A stretch of DNA of 32,000 bases from positions 90,001 through 122,000 of the forward strand of contig NZ_AP019769.1 of assembly GCF_023169545.1 (NCBI RefSeq). The letters run 5' to 3'. Positions 19,600 through 27,687 of the stretch are shown here, piece after piece; position 1 is the stretch's first letter, and each line of letters starts with the position of its first letter. The translations under genes and the position numbers were made by a program. The notes beneath the pieces were generated by a model. The model had not been told where the DNA came from and made no database searches. It saw only the letters and a program-made list of their open reading frames with translations. The stretch is from Nanobdella aerobiophila. Lineage in GTDB: Archaea; Nanobdellota; Nanobdellia; Nanobdellales; Nanobdellaceae.

Positions 19600-19607
19600 T
19601 TTATATA
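19600..19607 (+). promoter_or_regulatory. TATA-like box for 19629..20438
   Basis: TTTATATA centred ~25.5 nt upstream of ATG 19629, right after the rps12 stop. Confidence 0.5.
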
Positions 19608-19628
19608 TGTTTTTTATAGTATTATCTT

Positions 19629-20438
19629 ATGGTAATTGATCTTTTGGTTAGTGTAGGATATTATATTGTTTTTATAATATTATCCGTAGTAATTGGATTT
19701 TTTATTGGCTGGATAGTATATATGATATTAAGTATGTATATTGGCAAATATATTGGAAAACTATACCAGGGTTTATCAGAAACATTCAGTAGTATTCCAA
19801 AAGTAGATATAGGTAAGGTATTATCATATTTAATAGCAATAGTAGTTGGTATATACGTATTTAATTCCGTATTTAATTTATTACCAAGTATATTAACTAC
19901 TACAGAATATAGTTATATATCTTCTTTAATTAGTGTGATTAATTTGGTAGCAAGTTATCTATTATCAATAGTTATAGTATTCTTTATAATAATTGTTGGT
20001 CTAGTATTTGCAGTATTAATTACTTCATATCTCTATCTATTAATAAGGGGGTATAATGAGGATATAGCTACATTATTAAGATTATTGTTATTTATCGGAT
20101 TTGTGTGGGTTGTTACAGTATATTCATTAAATTTACTTGGATTGACAAATACTTTATTTAAAAATATAATGGGAGTATTTGTAATATTATCTATTGCATT
20201 TATTATAATGAGATATATAACAAATAATATTGAAGAAAATGATTATTATAATAAGATAAAGCCATTTGTACAATTATTTATATATTCTATATTTATTATA
20301 AGTTCCCTATCTATACTAACAGTTGGTTACTCTACAGCATCTGCATCGGTTGAATATGTATTTGCTTTAGGATTTGTGATTTTATTTGTGCTTTTGTTAA
20401 TACCGCAACTATATAGAGTAATAAAGGAAGAGAAATAG
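19629..20438 (+). CDS. Polytopic membrane protein, possibly a mechanosensitive-channel-like TM-helix repeat protein
   Basis: 269 aa with many hydrophobic helices; no diagnostic motif recognised. Confidence 0.75.
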   Translation: MVIDLLVSVGYYIVFIILSVVIGFFIGWIVYMILSMYIGKYIGKLYQGLSETFSSIPKVDIGKVLSYLIAIVVGIYVFNSVFNLLPSILTTTEYSYISSLISVINLVASYLLSIVIVFFIIIVGLVFAVLITSYLYLLIRGYNEDIATLLRLLLFIGFVWVVTVYSLNLLGLTNTLFKNIMGVFVILSIAFIIMRYITNNIEENDYYNKIKPFVQLFIYSIFIISSLSILTVGYSTASASVEYVFALGFVILFVLLLIPQLYRVIKEEK

Positions 20439-20440
20439 AT

Positions 20441-20449
20441 TTTTAAATT
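20441..20449 (+). promoter_or_regulatory. TATA-like box for rps7
   Basis: TTTTAAATT centred ~25 nt upstream of ATG 20470. Confidence 0.45.
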
Positions 20450-20469
20450 ATTTTTTGATAATTTTATCA

Positions 20470-21072
20470 ATGGTAGATATTAATGATTTAAAATTTCTTG
20501 GAAGATGGAAATATGAAATTGAATTAGAAGATGATACACTAAAAGCTTTTATGAATACTAGAGCATGGGTTGTTCCGAAAACAGGTGGTAGGTATCAAAA
20601 TAAAAGATTTGGAAGGAGAAATATACCAATAATAGAGAGATTTATCGGTAGAATGATGACTCCAGGTCATTTTGGTAGTAAGCATAGATTCACTTCTTAT
20701 TATGCTTCCGGAGAGTATTATAAAAATTTAAGTATATTAGTAAAAGTATTTGAAATAATAGAAAATGAAACAAAGCAAAATCCAATAAAAATCTTGGTAA
20801 AAGCGATTGAAAATGCTGCTCCAAGAGAAGAAATAACTAATATAGAAATGGGTGGATCTAGATATCCAAAAGCTGTAGATATATCACCCTTAAGGAGAAT
20901 AGATCTAGCTATAAGATTTATAATATGGGGAGCATATCATAATTCTAGAAATAAAAAAGATATGGTTAGTGCTCTTTCTAGAGAAATAATACTAGCATAT
21001 AAAAATTCTACAGATTCCTATGCCATCCAAAAGAAATTAGAGCTGGAGAGACTAGCTTCTTCTTCTAGATAG
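20470..21072 (+). CDS. rps7: Ribosomal protein uS7 (start moved from TTG 20455 to ATG 20470)
   Basis: RRIDLAIRFIIWGAYHNSRNKKDMVSALSREIILAYKNSTDSYAIQKKLELERLASSSR. Confidence 0.95.
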   Translation: MVDINDLKFLGRWKYEIELEDDTLKAFMNTRAWVVPKTGGRYQNKRFGRRNIPIIERFIGRMMTPGHFGSKHRFTSYYASGEYYKNLSILVKVFEIIENETKQNPIKILVKAIENAAPREEITNIEMGGSRYPKAVDISPLRRIDLAIRFIIWGAYHNSRNKKDMVSALSREIILAYKNSTDSYAIQKKLELERLASSSR

Positions 21073-21104
21073 TTTTTTAAATATATAATATCAATTTTAA
21101 TTTT

Positions 21105-21590
21105 ATGCCTGAGCGGAGTCTGGTTCCAAAAAAAGTATTTTTTACTAAAGGTATAGGGGTAGCAGATGATGAATTATTAAGTTTTGAACTTGCATTAAGA
21201 AATGCTAAAATAGAGAAATTTAATTTAGTTCCTGTATCTAGTATTGCGCCTCCAAGAATAGAGATAGTAGATATTGATGAAGGTTTAAAATATCTAAATC
21301 CTGGACAGGTTGTATTTACAGTATTATCAAGATTTAGTTCTAATATAAATAATAAAGAAATATATTCTTCGGTTGGCGTTGCATTACCAAAGAATAAAGA
21401 TTATAATGGCTATTTTACCGAATATCATGGATATTATACTGGTAGGGAAGACAATTATGCAAAGAATAAAGCAAGATTTATGCTAGAAACAGCCTTTAAT
21501 ATTGATATTGATAGTAACTTTGAAATATTTAATAAGTCAATAGTGGAGGATTATACTACTGTTATATCCGCTGCTGTATTTATTTTTTAG
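21105..21590 (+). CDS. pdaD: Pyruvoyl-dependent arginine decarboxylase
   Basis: KVFFTKGIGVADDELLSFELALRNAKIEKFNLVPVSSIAPPRIEI; Ser-Ser self-processing context VSSI. Confidence 0.9.
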   Translation: MPERSLVPKKVFFTKGIGVADDELLSFELALRNAKIEKFNLVPVSSIAPPRIEIVDIDEGLKYLNPGQVVFTVLSRFSSNINNKEIYSSVGVALPKNKDYNGYFTEYHGYYTGREDNYAKNKARFMLETAFNIDIDSNFEIFNKSIVEDYTTVISAAVFIF

Positions 21591-21595
21591 AAATA

Positions 21596-21603
21596 TTTAT
21601 ATA
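21596..21603 (+). promoter_or_regulatory. TATA-like box for cydA-like gene
   Basis: TTTATATA centred ~27 nt upstream of ATG 21627. Confidence 0.5.
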
Positions 21604-21626
21604 ATTTTAATAATAGTATTTTATTT

Positions 21627-22994
21627 ATGTTTCCTGTATATGATATAGATAGAGCTGTCTTTGCATCTTCACTTGCTGTTCATATTATAATATCATCATT
21701 AAGTATAGGTATGCCATTTGCATTGGGTACTATAGAACTGTACGGAGTATTAAAAAAAGATTCTAAAATAAATTATCTAGTAAAAAGGTTGAGTACTATT
21801 ATTTTAGCTTTATTTGCAATTGGTACCTTATCTGGAACTATAGTAGCTGTAGAAATGGCAACTTTATTTCCAAAATTTATGCAAATAATATCAAATACTG
21901 CTATAATATCTTTATATATAGAAGTAGGTGCATTTTTTATAGAATCTTTATTCTTAGGTTTATATCTATATTCTTGGAAGAAGTATGGAAATTCAATATG
22001 GCATCCAATATTTATGTATTTAGTAGGATTCTTTGCTGCAATGTCTGGAGTATTAATAATAACATTAAACTCTTTTATGAATTATCCTGTAGGGGTACAA
22101 TATATTAATGGACAAATAATTGATACAGATCCTTATGCAATATTTTTTACACCTATACAATTTATTGAAACAGGTCATGGAGTTTTAGCATCATTAACAT
22201 TTGGAGTTTCTTTTTTTATTGCTATAATAGCATATCATATATTAAGAGAAAAAGATCTAAATAAAATAGATATATACGGAAAAATTATGAAAATAGTCAC
22301 TCCAATATTTTTTATATCAATATTAGTTACAGGATTATATGGAATAAGTTCTATAGATACTTTATCTGTATATCAACCAACTAAGTATGCAGTCTTAGAA
22401 GCAAATGTTAATGGAAATATCTCGCATGCTTCTGAAAATCTGTTTGGATTTATTAGTCCTAATTATACATTAGAAAATTATATATCAGTACCAGATTTAC
22501 AAAGTTTATTATTACATGAGCATTTTAATCCAAATACTGTTGTTCCAGGTATTTTACCAAATGAATCTAATATAGCATCTCCTGCTGATATTACTGTATC
22601 ACATAATTCTTTTGATATTATGGCAATTCTAGGTTTTATAATATTCCTAGGAGCTGGATATATGCTATTATCTCAAATATTATCTAGAAAAGATAATAAT
22701 AAAGATAAAAAATTTACATTAAATCCTAGATATACATTTTATTTGAATAAATTAATATTGTATGCTTCTATAATATTAGCTTTATTTTCTATTATAGCTG
22801 TAGAAACAGGATGGATAGCTGCAGAAGTAGGTAGACAGCCATGGACAATATATAATATATTATTAACAAAGGATGCAGCGAATCTTAATCCCAGTGTTGT
22901 TCCAGTAGCAATTACATTTCAGATAATATATATTATATTATTCTTTTCAACATTATGGGCCATAAAGAAATATTTCATTGATAGATTAGAATGA
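21627..22994 (+). CDS. cydA: Cytochrome bd-type oxidase subunit I
   Basis: GRQPW motif (AAEVGRQPWTIYNILLT), N-terminal His in TM1 (SLAVHIIISSLSIG), paired Glu helix IEVGAFFIESLFLGLYLYSW. Confidence 0.88.
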   Translation: MFPVYDIDRAVFASSLAVHIIISSLSIGMPFALGTIELYGVLKKDSKINYLVKRLSTIILALFAIGTLSGTIVAVEMATLFPKFMQIISNTAIISLYIEVGAFFIESLFLGLYLYSWKKYGNSIWHPIFMYLVGFFAAMSGVLIITLNSFMNYPVGVQYINGQIIDTDPYAIFFTPIQFIETGHGVLASLTFGVSFFIAIIAYHILREKDLNKIDIYGKIMKIVTPIFFISILVTGLYGISSIDTLSVYQPTKYAVLEANVNGNISHASENLFGFISPNYTLENYISVPDLQSLLLHEHFNPNTVVPGILPNESNIASPADITVSHNSFDIMAILGFIIFLGAGYMLLSQILSRKDNNKDKKFTLNPRYTFYLNKLILYASIILALFSIIAVETGWIAAEVGRQPWTIYNILLTKDAANLNPSVVPVAITFQIIYIILFFSTLWAIKKYFIDRLE

Positions 22995-23893
22995 TAAATT
23001 ATTTATTATATTTTTTTGTATTATTGGGCGCAATTATAGCAACTATAATATTATTTTTATGGTTGGAACTTGGATTATCTTGTTCTTATTTTATTAATAA
23101 GGATTTATTTAAGAAATATGAAAATTTGTTTTTATCATCATGGGAGATTACTGGAACTACAATTGTATTTTTAGTTGTACAATTTGAAGCAATAGCTCCT
23201 AATCTGTTAATTCCGGTTGCTTATTCTTTTTATATATTTATATTTTTAATATTATTTTTCTTTATATTTAGGAATATAAATATAGGAATATTTGAAGGAT
23301 TAACATTTAAGAATAAATATAATAAAAGTAGTTTAATAATTTATACAATAGCAACTTTATTTTTAGGAATAATAATGATTACATTGGTAAGTGCAGGTAT
23401 TACTGGTATAGGTATAATAGGATTATCGGGTAATATAATAAATTGGAATATATATATTATATTTAATTATTTTAATTTATTATTATTGATATCTACAATC
23501 TTATCTTCTCTTGGATTTTTAGGATATATATTTGGAATAGACAGTTATAAAAGATATTCTATAATAGGTTATATATTATTTATTATTGATCTAGCCTTAT
23601 TTACTAGATCTATATATGTTTATTACTTAATTATTCCTTTAGTATTATTTATATTAATGTTACTTGTTAAGGTTAGAATATATATACAAAGAATAATATA
23701 TGTATTATCACATTACTTTACTTCCATTATTGTAAGTATAATGATATTTCCTTATCTATTTAAAATTATTAATATACAAAATATAATTACTCAAAGTAAT
23801 ATATTATTATCTGCAGAATTTGTAGTGTCCATATTTATTATAGTTGCAATATTTTCTATATATTTATTTGAGATAAAATCTATATTAGATTAA
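22991..23893 (+). CDS. cydB: Divergent cytochrome bd-type oxidase subunit II-like protein
   Basis: 300 aa polytopic protein, 4-bp overlap with cydA, CydB-like block SSWEITGTTIVFLVVQFEAIAPNLL. Confidence 0.7.
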   Translation: MINYLLYFFVLLGAIIATIILFLWLELGLSCSYFINKDLFKKYENLFLSSWEITGTTIVFLVVQFEAIAPNLLIPVAYSFYIFIFLILFFFIFRNINIGIFEGLTFKNKYNKSSLIIYTIATLFLGIIMITLVSAGITGIGIIGLSGNIINWNIYIIFNYFNLLLLISTILSSLGFLGYIFGIDSYKRYSIIGYILFIIDLALFTRSIYVYYLIIPLVLFILMLLVKVRIYIQRIIYVLSHYFTSIIVSIMIFPYLFKIINIQNIITQSNILLSAEFVVSIFIIVAIFSIYLFEIKSILD

Positions 23894-24723
23894 GAATCGA
23901 ATACTTTTTTATATATTTCTTTTAATTGGTTGGGTACGACATGAGTATATATTTGAGTTATGGATAAAGAACTATGACCTAATAATTCTTGTATATATCT
24001 TATATCTATTCCCCTAGATAATAATGTTGTTGCTAATGAATGTCTTAATACATGTGGAGTAACTTTTTTATTTATTCCTGCTTTTATTGCTGTTCTTTTG
24101 ATAATTCTCTCTACCTGTCTTGATGATAGTGGAAATATTATATTGGAATCTAAATCTTCTATATAATCTTTTATTCTATTTAATAACTCCTTTGGTATGG
24201 GTACTATTCTTTCTTTGCCCCCTTTTCCTAGAACTTTTACTAATCCCTCTTCAAATATTATATCATCTTTCTTTATTTTTACTAGTTCAGAAACTCTAAC
24301 ACCAGTATAGAATAAAAATTCAATTATTAGTCTATTCCTATAACTTTCGGCAGCATTGATTAGCCTTTGAAATTCTTCTAATGTTATAAATTTTGGTAAT
24401 CTTTTATCTACTTTTGGGGCTTTAATTTGTTTAGCCAGATTTTCATTATCCAGAAACCTTAATAAAGATGCTATACCCCTAATATATAATCTTAATGAGT
24501 TAGAATCTAGTTTTTTATTTATCTTTTCATCTGCTAAAAATCTAAATATTAAATTTTTATCTATATATGTATTTATGGTAAATTGATCTATATCATTTAA
24601 ATTTAAATACTTTTTTATAAAATTTAGGAAGGTTTTTACAATTATATTATATGTTTTTATTGTATTTTTTGATTTTCCTTGGATCTCCAACCAAACTTTG
24701 TATTGTTCTAATATGCTCTCCAT
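23890..24723 (-). CDS. xerA: Tyrosine recombinase, XerA-like
   Basis: TGVRVSELVKIKKDDI, GKGGKERIVPIP, TPHVLRHSLATTLLSRGIDIRYIQELLGHSSLSITQIYTHV. Confidence 0.93.
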   Translation of the reverse strand: MESILEQYKVWLEIQGKSKNTIKTYNIIVKTFLNFIKKYLNLNDIDQFTINTYIDKNLIFRFLADEKINKKLDSNSLRLYIRGIASLLRFLDNENLAKQIKAPKVDKRLPKFITLEEFQRLINAAESYRNRLIIEFLFYTGVRVSELVKIKKDDIIFEEGLVKVLGKGGKERIVPIPKELLNRIKDYIEDLDSNIIFPLSSRQVERIIKRTAIKAGINKKVTPHVLRHSLATTLLSRGIDIRYIQELLGHSSLSITQIYTHVVPNQLKEIYKKVFDS

Positions 24724-24776
24724 ACAAAACTAAGAAACTTTATGATATAAAAATTTTAAATCAAAAATTTTAATAT

Positions 24777-24827
24777 CCCTACTTGGCATGCACTGGGGAT
24801 AATATGAACTAGTTCCTCACAGTAGGG
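24777..24827. other. Structured intergenic element (inverted repeat CCCTACT/AGTAGGG enclosing a second short helix)
   Basis: 24777-24783 CCCTACT pairs with 24821-24827 AGTAGGG; inner GGGGA 24795-24799 with TCCTC 24814-24818 (one G-U); palindrome GAACTAGTTC 24806-24815. Confidence 0.45.
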
Positions 24828-24832
24828 TATAA

Positions 24833-24887
24833 AAATGATGTAGTTGGCTTGAAACTGACTGGATGATGAAGACGACTGCTCTGATTA
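24833..24887 (+). ncRNA. C/D box sRNA (2'-O-methylation guide)
   Basis: C box ATGATGT 24835-24841, D' CTGA 24855-24858, C' ATGATGA 24863-24869, D CTGA 24881-24884, guides of ~13 and ~11 nt, short D'-C' spacer. Confidence 0.85.
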
Positions 24888-25266
24888 TAAAATTTTATGA
24901 TTGATATCTTTTTTATTTTCCAATACTTTAGATAAATTTTAATATCATTAAGATTATTTTATCAATATACTACCTCTCCATCAAAAAGCACCGCAATATA
25001 TGTAAATTTCCTCTATAAATATATAGACTGATATTATAAAAATATTTCTATGAAGGCCATCTATTTTTATTATTTTTCAACACCTGGTAATATTTATTCT
25101 AATACGGTCTATAATATACCTCGATCTAATATATAAAATTTAAAAATAGAGTAATAAATTCTTTCCATAATTTTATATCTACTAATTTTTTGATATATTT
25201 ATATCTTTTTGCATTACCAAAAATATTTTATTAATTAATTAGTTTTAAAGAGGAATCTTCAAAAAA

Positions 25267-26127
25267 TTATTGTATATTTAATTTTTGCTTTAATTTATTT
25301 GCTATATTATATGTTCTTGATAATATGAATCTTACATTATCTTTTGATATTACACCCAGATTTAATGATAATTTTATACTATTTTTGTATGTATTCTCTA
25401 ATAATATATTGATATTTTCCTTAGTTGGATATCCTATATTAATAGACAATCCTAATGAGTACTTAAATGCCAGATTTAGTTCTTCTAAATATTTTTCTAA
25501 TGGAGTAGATAGTACTTCTTGATTATATAATACTTTTCCATCATAGAATAATAATAATCTTACTTTTACTGGAATTGGTGTTATATTGAACTTCTGTAGT
25601 AATGAAGCTAGACCTTCATCTACTTTAGTTCCTTTTTTTGCTACTATACAATCTTCTGCGATCGCTATCTTTCCATTCTCTACTTTTGTTTTTATATTAT
25701 ACTTCTTTAATTCTGTTAATACAGGACCTGGTGTTAAATTTGTTGGTCCGGCTTTTATCATTACATCATCTTCTAATATATCTCCTATCCTAGCTGCCCT
25801 ATAGGATCTATTTTCTTCTAATATTTTATTTAGTATAAATGGATTTATTTCTTTACTTGGTATTATCAATAATATTGTTATTTTTTTATTTTCTTCTAAT
25901 TCTTTTATTAAACTTTCTAAATTTTTATCATTTAGATTTTTTAATGTCCTTATAAATAGGTTTTTTCTTACAGTTTTTAAATAGAATCCTTGTGATTTTA
26001 AATTTTTTCGAATTTTTTGTAATGCACTTGTAGGTGTCTCTACTAGATTTGCTATTGCTAGTAAATGATTTTTGCTTAAAATATTATACAAATTTTCTAC
26101 ATACTCTAATTTTTGTTTAGCTACCAT
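25267..26127 (-). CDS. rpl10: Ribosomal protein uL10 (P0), short C-terminus
   Basis: GPTNLTPGPVLTELKKYNIKTKVENGKIAIAEDCIVAKKGTKVDEGLASLLQKFNITPI; gene order after L1. Confidence 0.93.
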   Translation of the reverse strand: MVAKQKLEYVENLYNILSKNHLLAIANLVETPTSALQKIRKNLKSQGFYLKTVRKNLFIRTLKNLNDKNLESLIKELEENKKITILLIIPSKEINPFILNKILEENRSYRAARIGDILEDDVMIKAGPTNLTPGPVLTELKKYNIKTKVENGKIAIAEDCIVAKKGTKVDEGLASLLQKFNITPIPVKVRLLLFYDGKVLYNQEVLSTPLEKYLEELNLAFKYSLGLSINIGYPTKENINILLENTYKNSIKLSLNLGVISKDNVRFILSRTYNIANKLKQKLNIQ

Positions 26128-26780
26128 TGTGATACTTTTATTGATTTACTCATTGTTTGCTTTAAATATATACTTTTAATACTATTTTTACCTCCGGGTA
26201 TTCTATTAATTAAAAAGCCTATTACAGCATTTATATTCTCCTTTATATCATCTGGGGACATATCCTCGCTTCCTACTATTATACCAAATGTAATATGGTT
26301 CTTTATTGTGATCCTTACCATCTTTTGCATCTTTTCATATAGATTTTTTAAAAATTCTGGAGTTATATTATCTGGAAATATCATTCCATATTTTGGATTT
26401 GGCATCTTATTTCTTGCAGCTAAATACCTTCCTAAGAATTTACCTACATCGGGCATAACAGAAGATTGGGCAACAAATATATAATATTTTTTAGCTATTT
26501 TCTTTATTTCTCTTTTATTTTGACCTAAATCCTTAATATTATCTTTAACTAAGACAAAGTCGAATATTTCTTTAGCAGATTTTTCTAATTCTGGGCCTAC
26601 GATTGCTGCTATCTTTGATTTCTTTCCTTTTCCTTTTGGCAATTCAAAATATTCTGTAAATTTATTTTCGGCTTTATTTAGATCATAACTTTTCTTTAGA
26701 TTTATTATTAACTCTATGGTTTGTTTAAAATTTCTTTTTTTGGATTTTTGTATCATTGCTTCTATCTCTTTAGCATCCAT
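26121..26780 (-). CDS. rpl1: Ribosomal protein uL1
   Basis: GRYLAARNKMPNPKYGMIFPDN, IKNHITFGIIVGSEDMSPDDIKENINAVIGFL. Confidence 0.95.
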   Translation of the reverse strand: MDAKEIEAMIQKSKKRNFKQTIELIINLKKSYDLNKAENKFTEYFELPKGKGKKSKIAAIVGPELEKSAKEIFDFVLVKDNIKDLGQNKREIKKIAKKYYIFVAQSSVMPDVGKFLGRYLAARNKMPNPKYGMIFPDNITPEFLKNLYEKMQKMVRITIKNHITFGIIVGSEDMSPDDIKENINAVIGFLINRIPGGKNSIKSIYLKQTMSKSIKVSQW

Positions 26781-26815
26781 AAAAAAGAGAAATATAAAAA
26801 ATATTTAAAAGTTTA

Positions 26816-26980
26816 TTACGGGCCTCTCATAAACTTATTTATCAGGTCTTCAATACTAAAAGTACCTGCAAATGTTTTTCTTATATACCTTTTAATTATA
26901 TAAGTAATTAATAATAAAGATATTGCAACACCAGCAATAAATCCTATTACAAAAAATATAATATTATATAATAAAGACAT
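26816..26980 (-). CDS. 54-aa single-pass membrane protein between rpl11 and rpl1 (not in supplied ORF track)
   Basis: MSLLYNIIFFVIGFIAGVAISLLLITYIIKRYIRKTFAGTFSIEDLINKFMRGP; starts 2 nt after rpl11 stop codon. Confidence 0.6.
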   Translation of the reverse strand: MSLLYNIIFFVIGFIAGVAISLLLITYIIKRYIRKTFAGTFSIEDLINKFMRGP

Positions 26981-26981
26981 A

Positions 26982-27461
26982 CTACTTCATTAAATTATCA
27001 TATTTATTTTCATTAACTTCTTTAATTACCTCTTTTGGATTCTTTCCATCAACAGTAAATCCTAATGATAAAGCAGTTCCTAGTACCAATTTTGCTGCAG
27101 ATTTTAGATCTATAGTATTTAAGTCTTTCATTTTTAATTTGGCTACATTTATTACTTGTTCTAATGTTATATTCCCTGTTATCTCTGTACCAGTAACTCT
27201 CTTTGCTACTTCAACCTTTGCTTCTTTTTTTAATAATGATGATGTTGGTGGTAGACCGACTTCAATTTCATATTTTCTTGTTTCAGTATCTACAATTATC
27301 TTTACTGGTACTTGTAGTCCTTTAAATTCTTTAGTAGCTTCATTTACTTTATTTATAATCTCTCCGACGTTTAATTTTAATTGACTTAGTTTTGGTCCTA
27401 TATTTGGTCCTGGTTTAGCATTTCCGCCTTCAATCAATAGTTCAATCGTTTCTTTTCCCAT
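26982..27461 (-). CDS. rpl11: Ribosomal protein uL11
   Basis: LLIEGGNAKPGPNIGPKLSQLKLNVGEIINKVNEATKEFKGLQVPVKIIVDTETRKYEI. Confidence 0.97.
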   Translation of the reverse strand: MGKETIELLIEGGNAKPGPNIGPKLSQLKLNVGEIINKVNEATKEFKGLQVPVKIIVDTETRKYEIEVGLPPTSSLLKKEAKVEVAKRVTGTEITGNITLEQVINVAKLKMKDLNTIDLKSAAKLVLGTALSLGFTVDGKNPKEVIKEVNENKYDNLMK

Positions 27462-27471
27462 TCAATTAGAA

Positions 27472-27490
27472 TTTAAAAATATATTTTAAA
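27472..27490. promoter_or_regulatory. Interleaved divergent TATA-like boxes for rpl11 (-) and secE (+)
   Basis: TTTAAAAA 27472-27479 is ~26 nt upstream of secE ATG 27502; minus TTTAAAAT 27483-27490 is ~26 nt upstream of rpl11 ATG 27461. Confidence 0.5.
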
Positions 27491-27501
27491 AATTTAGTAT
27501 T

Positions 27502-27687
27502 ATGGATATTATTAATAATATTATGGAAATGAAAGAAATTTATGAAACTGCTACTAAACCCAGGTGGGAGGACATAAAAAAATTAACATATGTTACTTTG
27601 CTGTTCTTCTTCTTGGTTGCTTTAATATCCTTGGTTATATTTATAAGTCTACAGTATAGTATATTAGTATGCCAATTTACATTGTAA
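27502..27687 (+). CDS. secE: Preprotein translocase subunit SecE (Sec61-gamma)
   Basis: 61 aa; TATKPRWEDIKKLTYVTLLFFFLVALISLVIFIS upstream of spt5. Confidence 0.85.
   Translation: MDIINNIMEMKEIYETATKPRWEDIKKLTYVTLLFFFLVALISLVIFISLQYSILVCQFTL

Noticed and set aside
23890-24723. Integrase as evidence for a mobile element or provirus
   Set aside because: The sequence fits the chromosomal XerA family; no flanking repeats, att-site duplication in a tRNA or cargo genes. The nearest tRNA is ~5 kb away and intact.
24777-24827. Possible H/ACA sRNA or split-tRNA half
   Set aside because: No ACA box at the correct distance 3' of the closing stem and no two-sided pseudouridylation pocket; no D-arm or T-arm consensus for a tRNA half. 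Retained only as a generic structured element.
25325-26484. Plus ORFs 25325..25522, 25586..25804 and 26113..26484
   Set aside because: Shadow ORFs opposite rpl10 and rpl1.
26721-26903. 60-aa plus ORF between rpl1 and rpl11
   Set aside because: Overlaps antisense the better-supported 54-aa TM ORF and the start of rpl1; contains poly-Lys low complexity.
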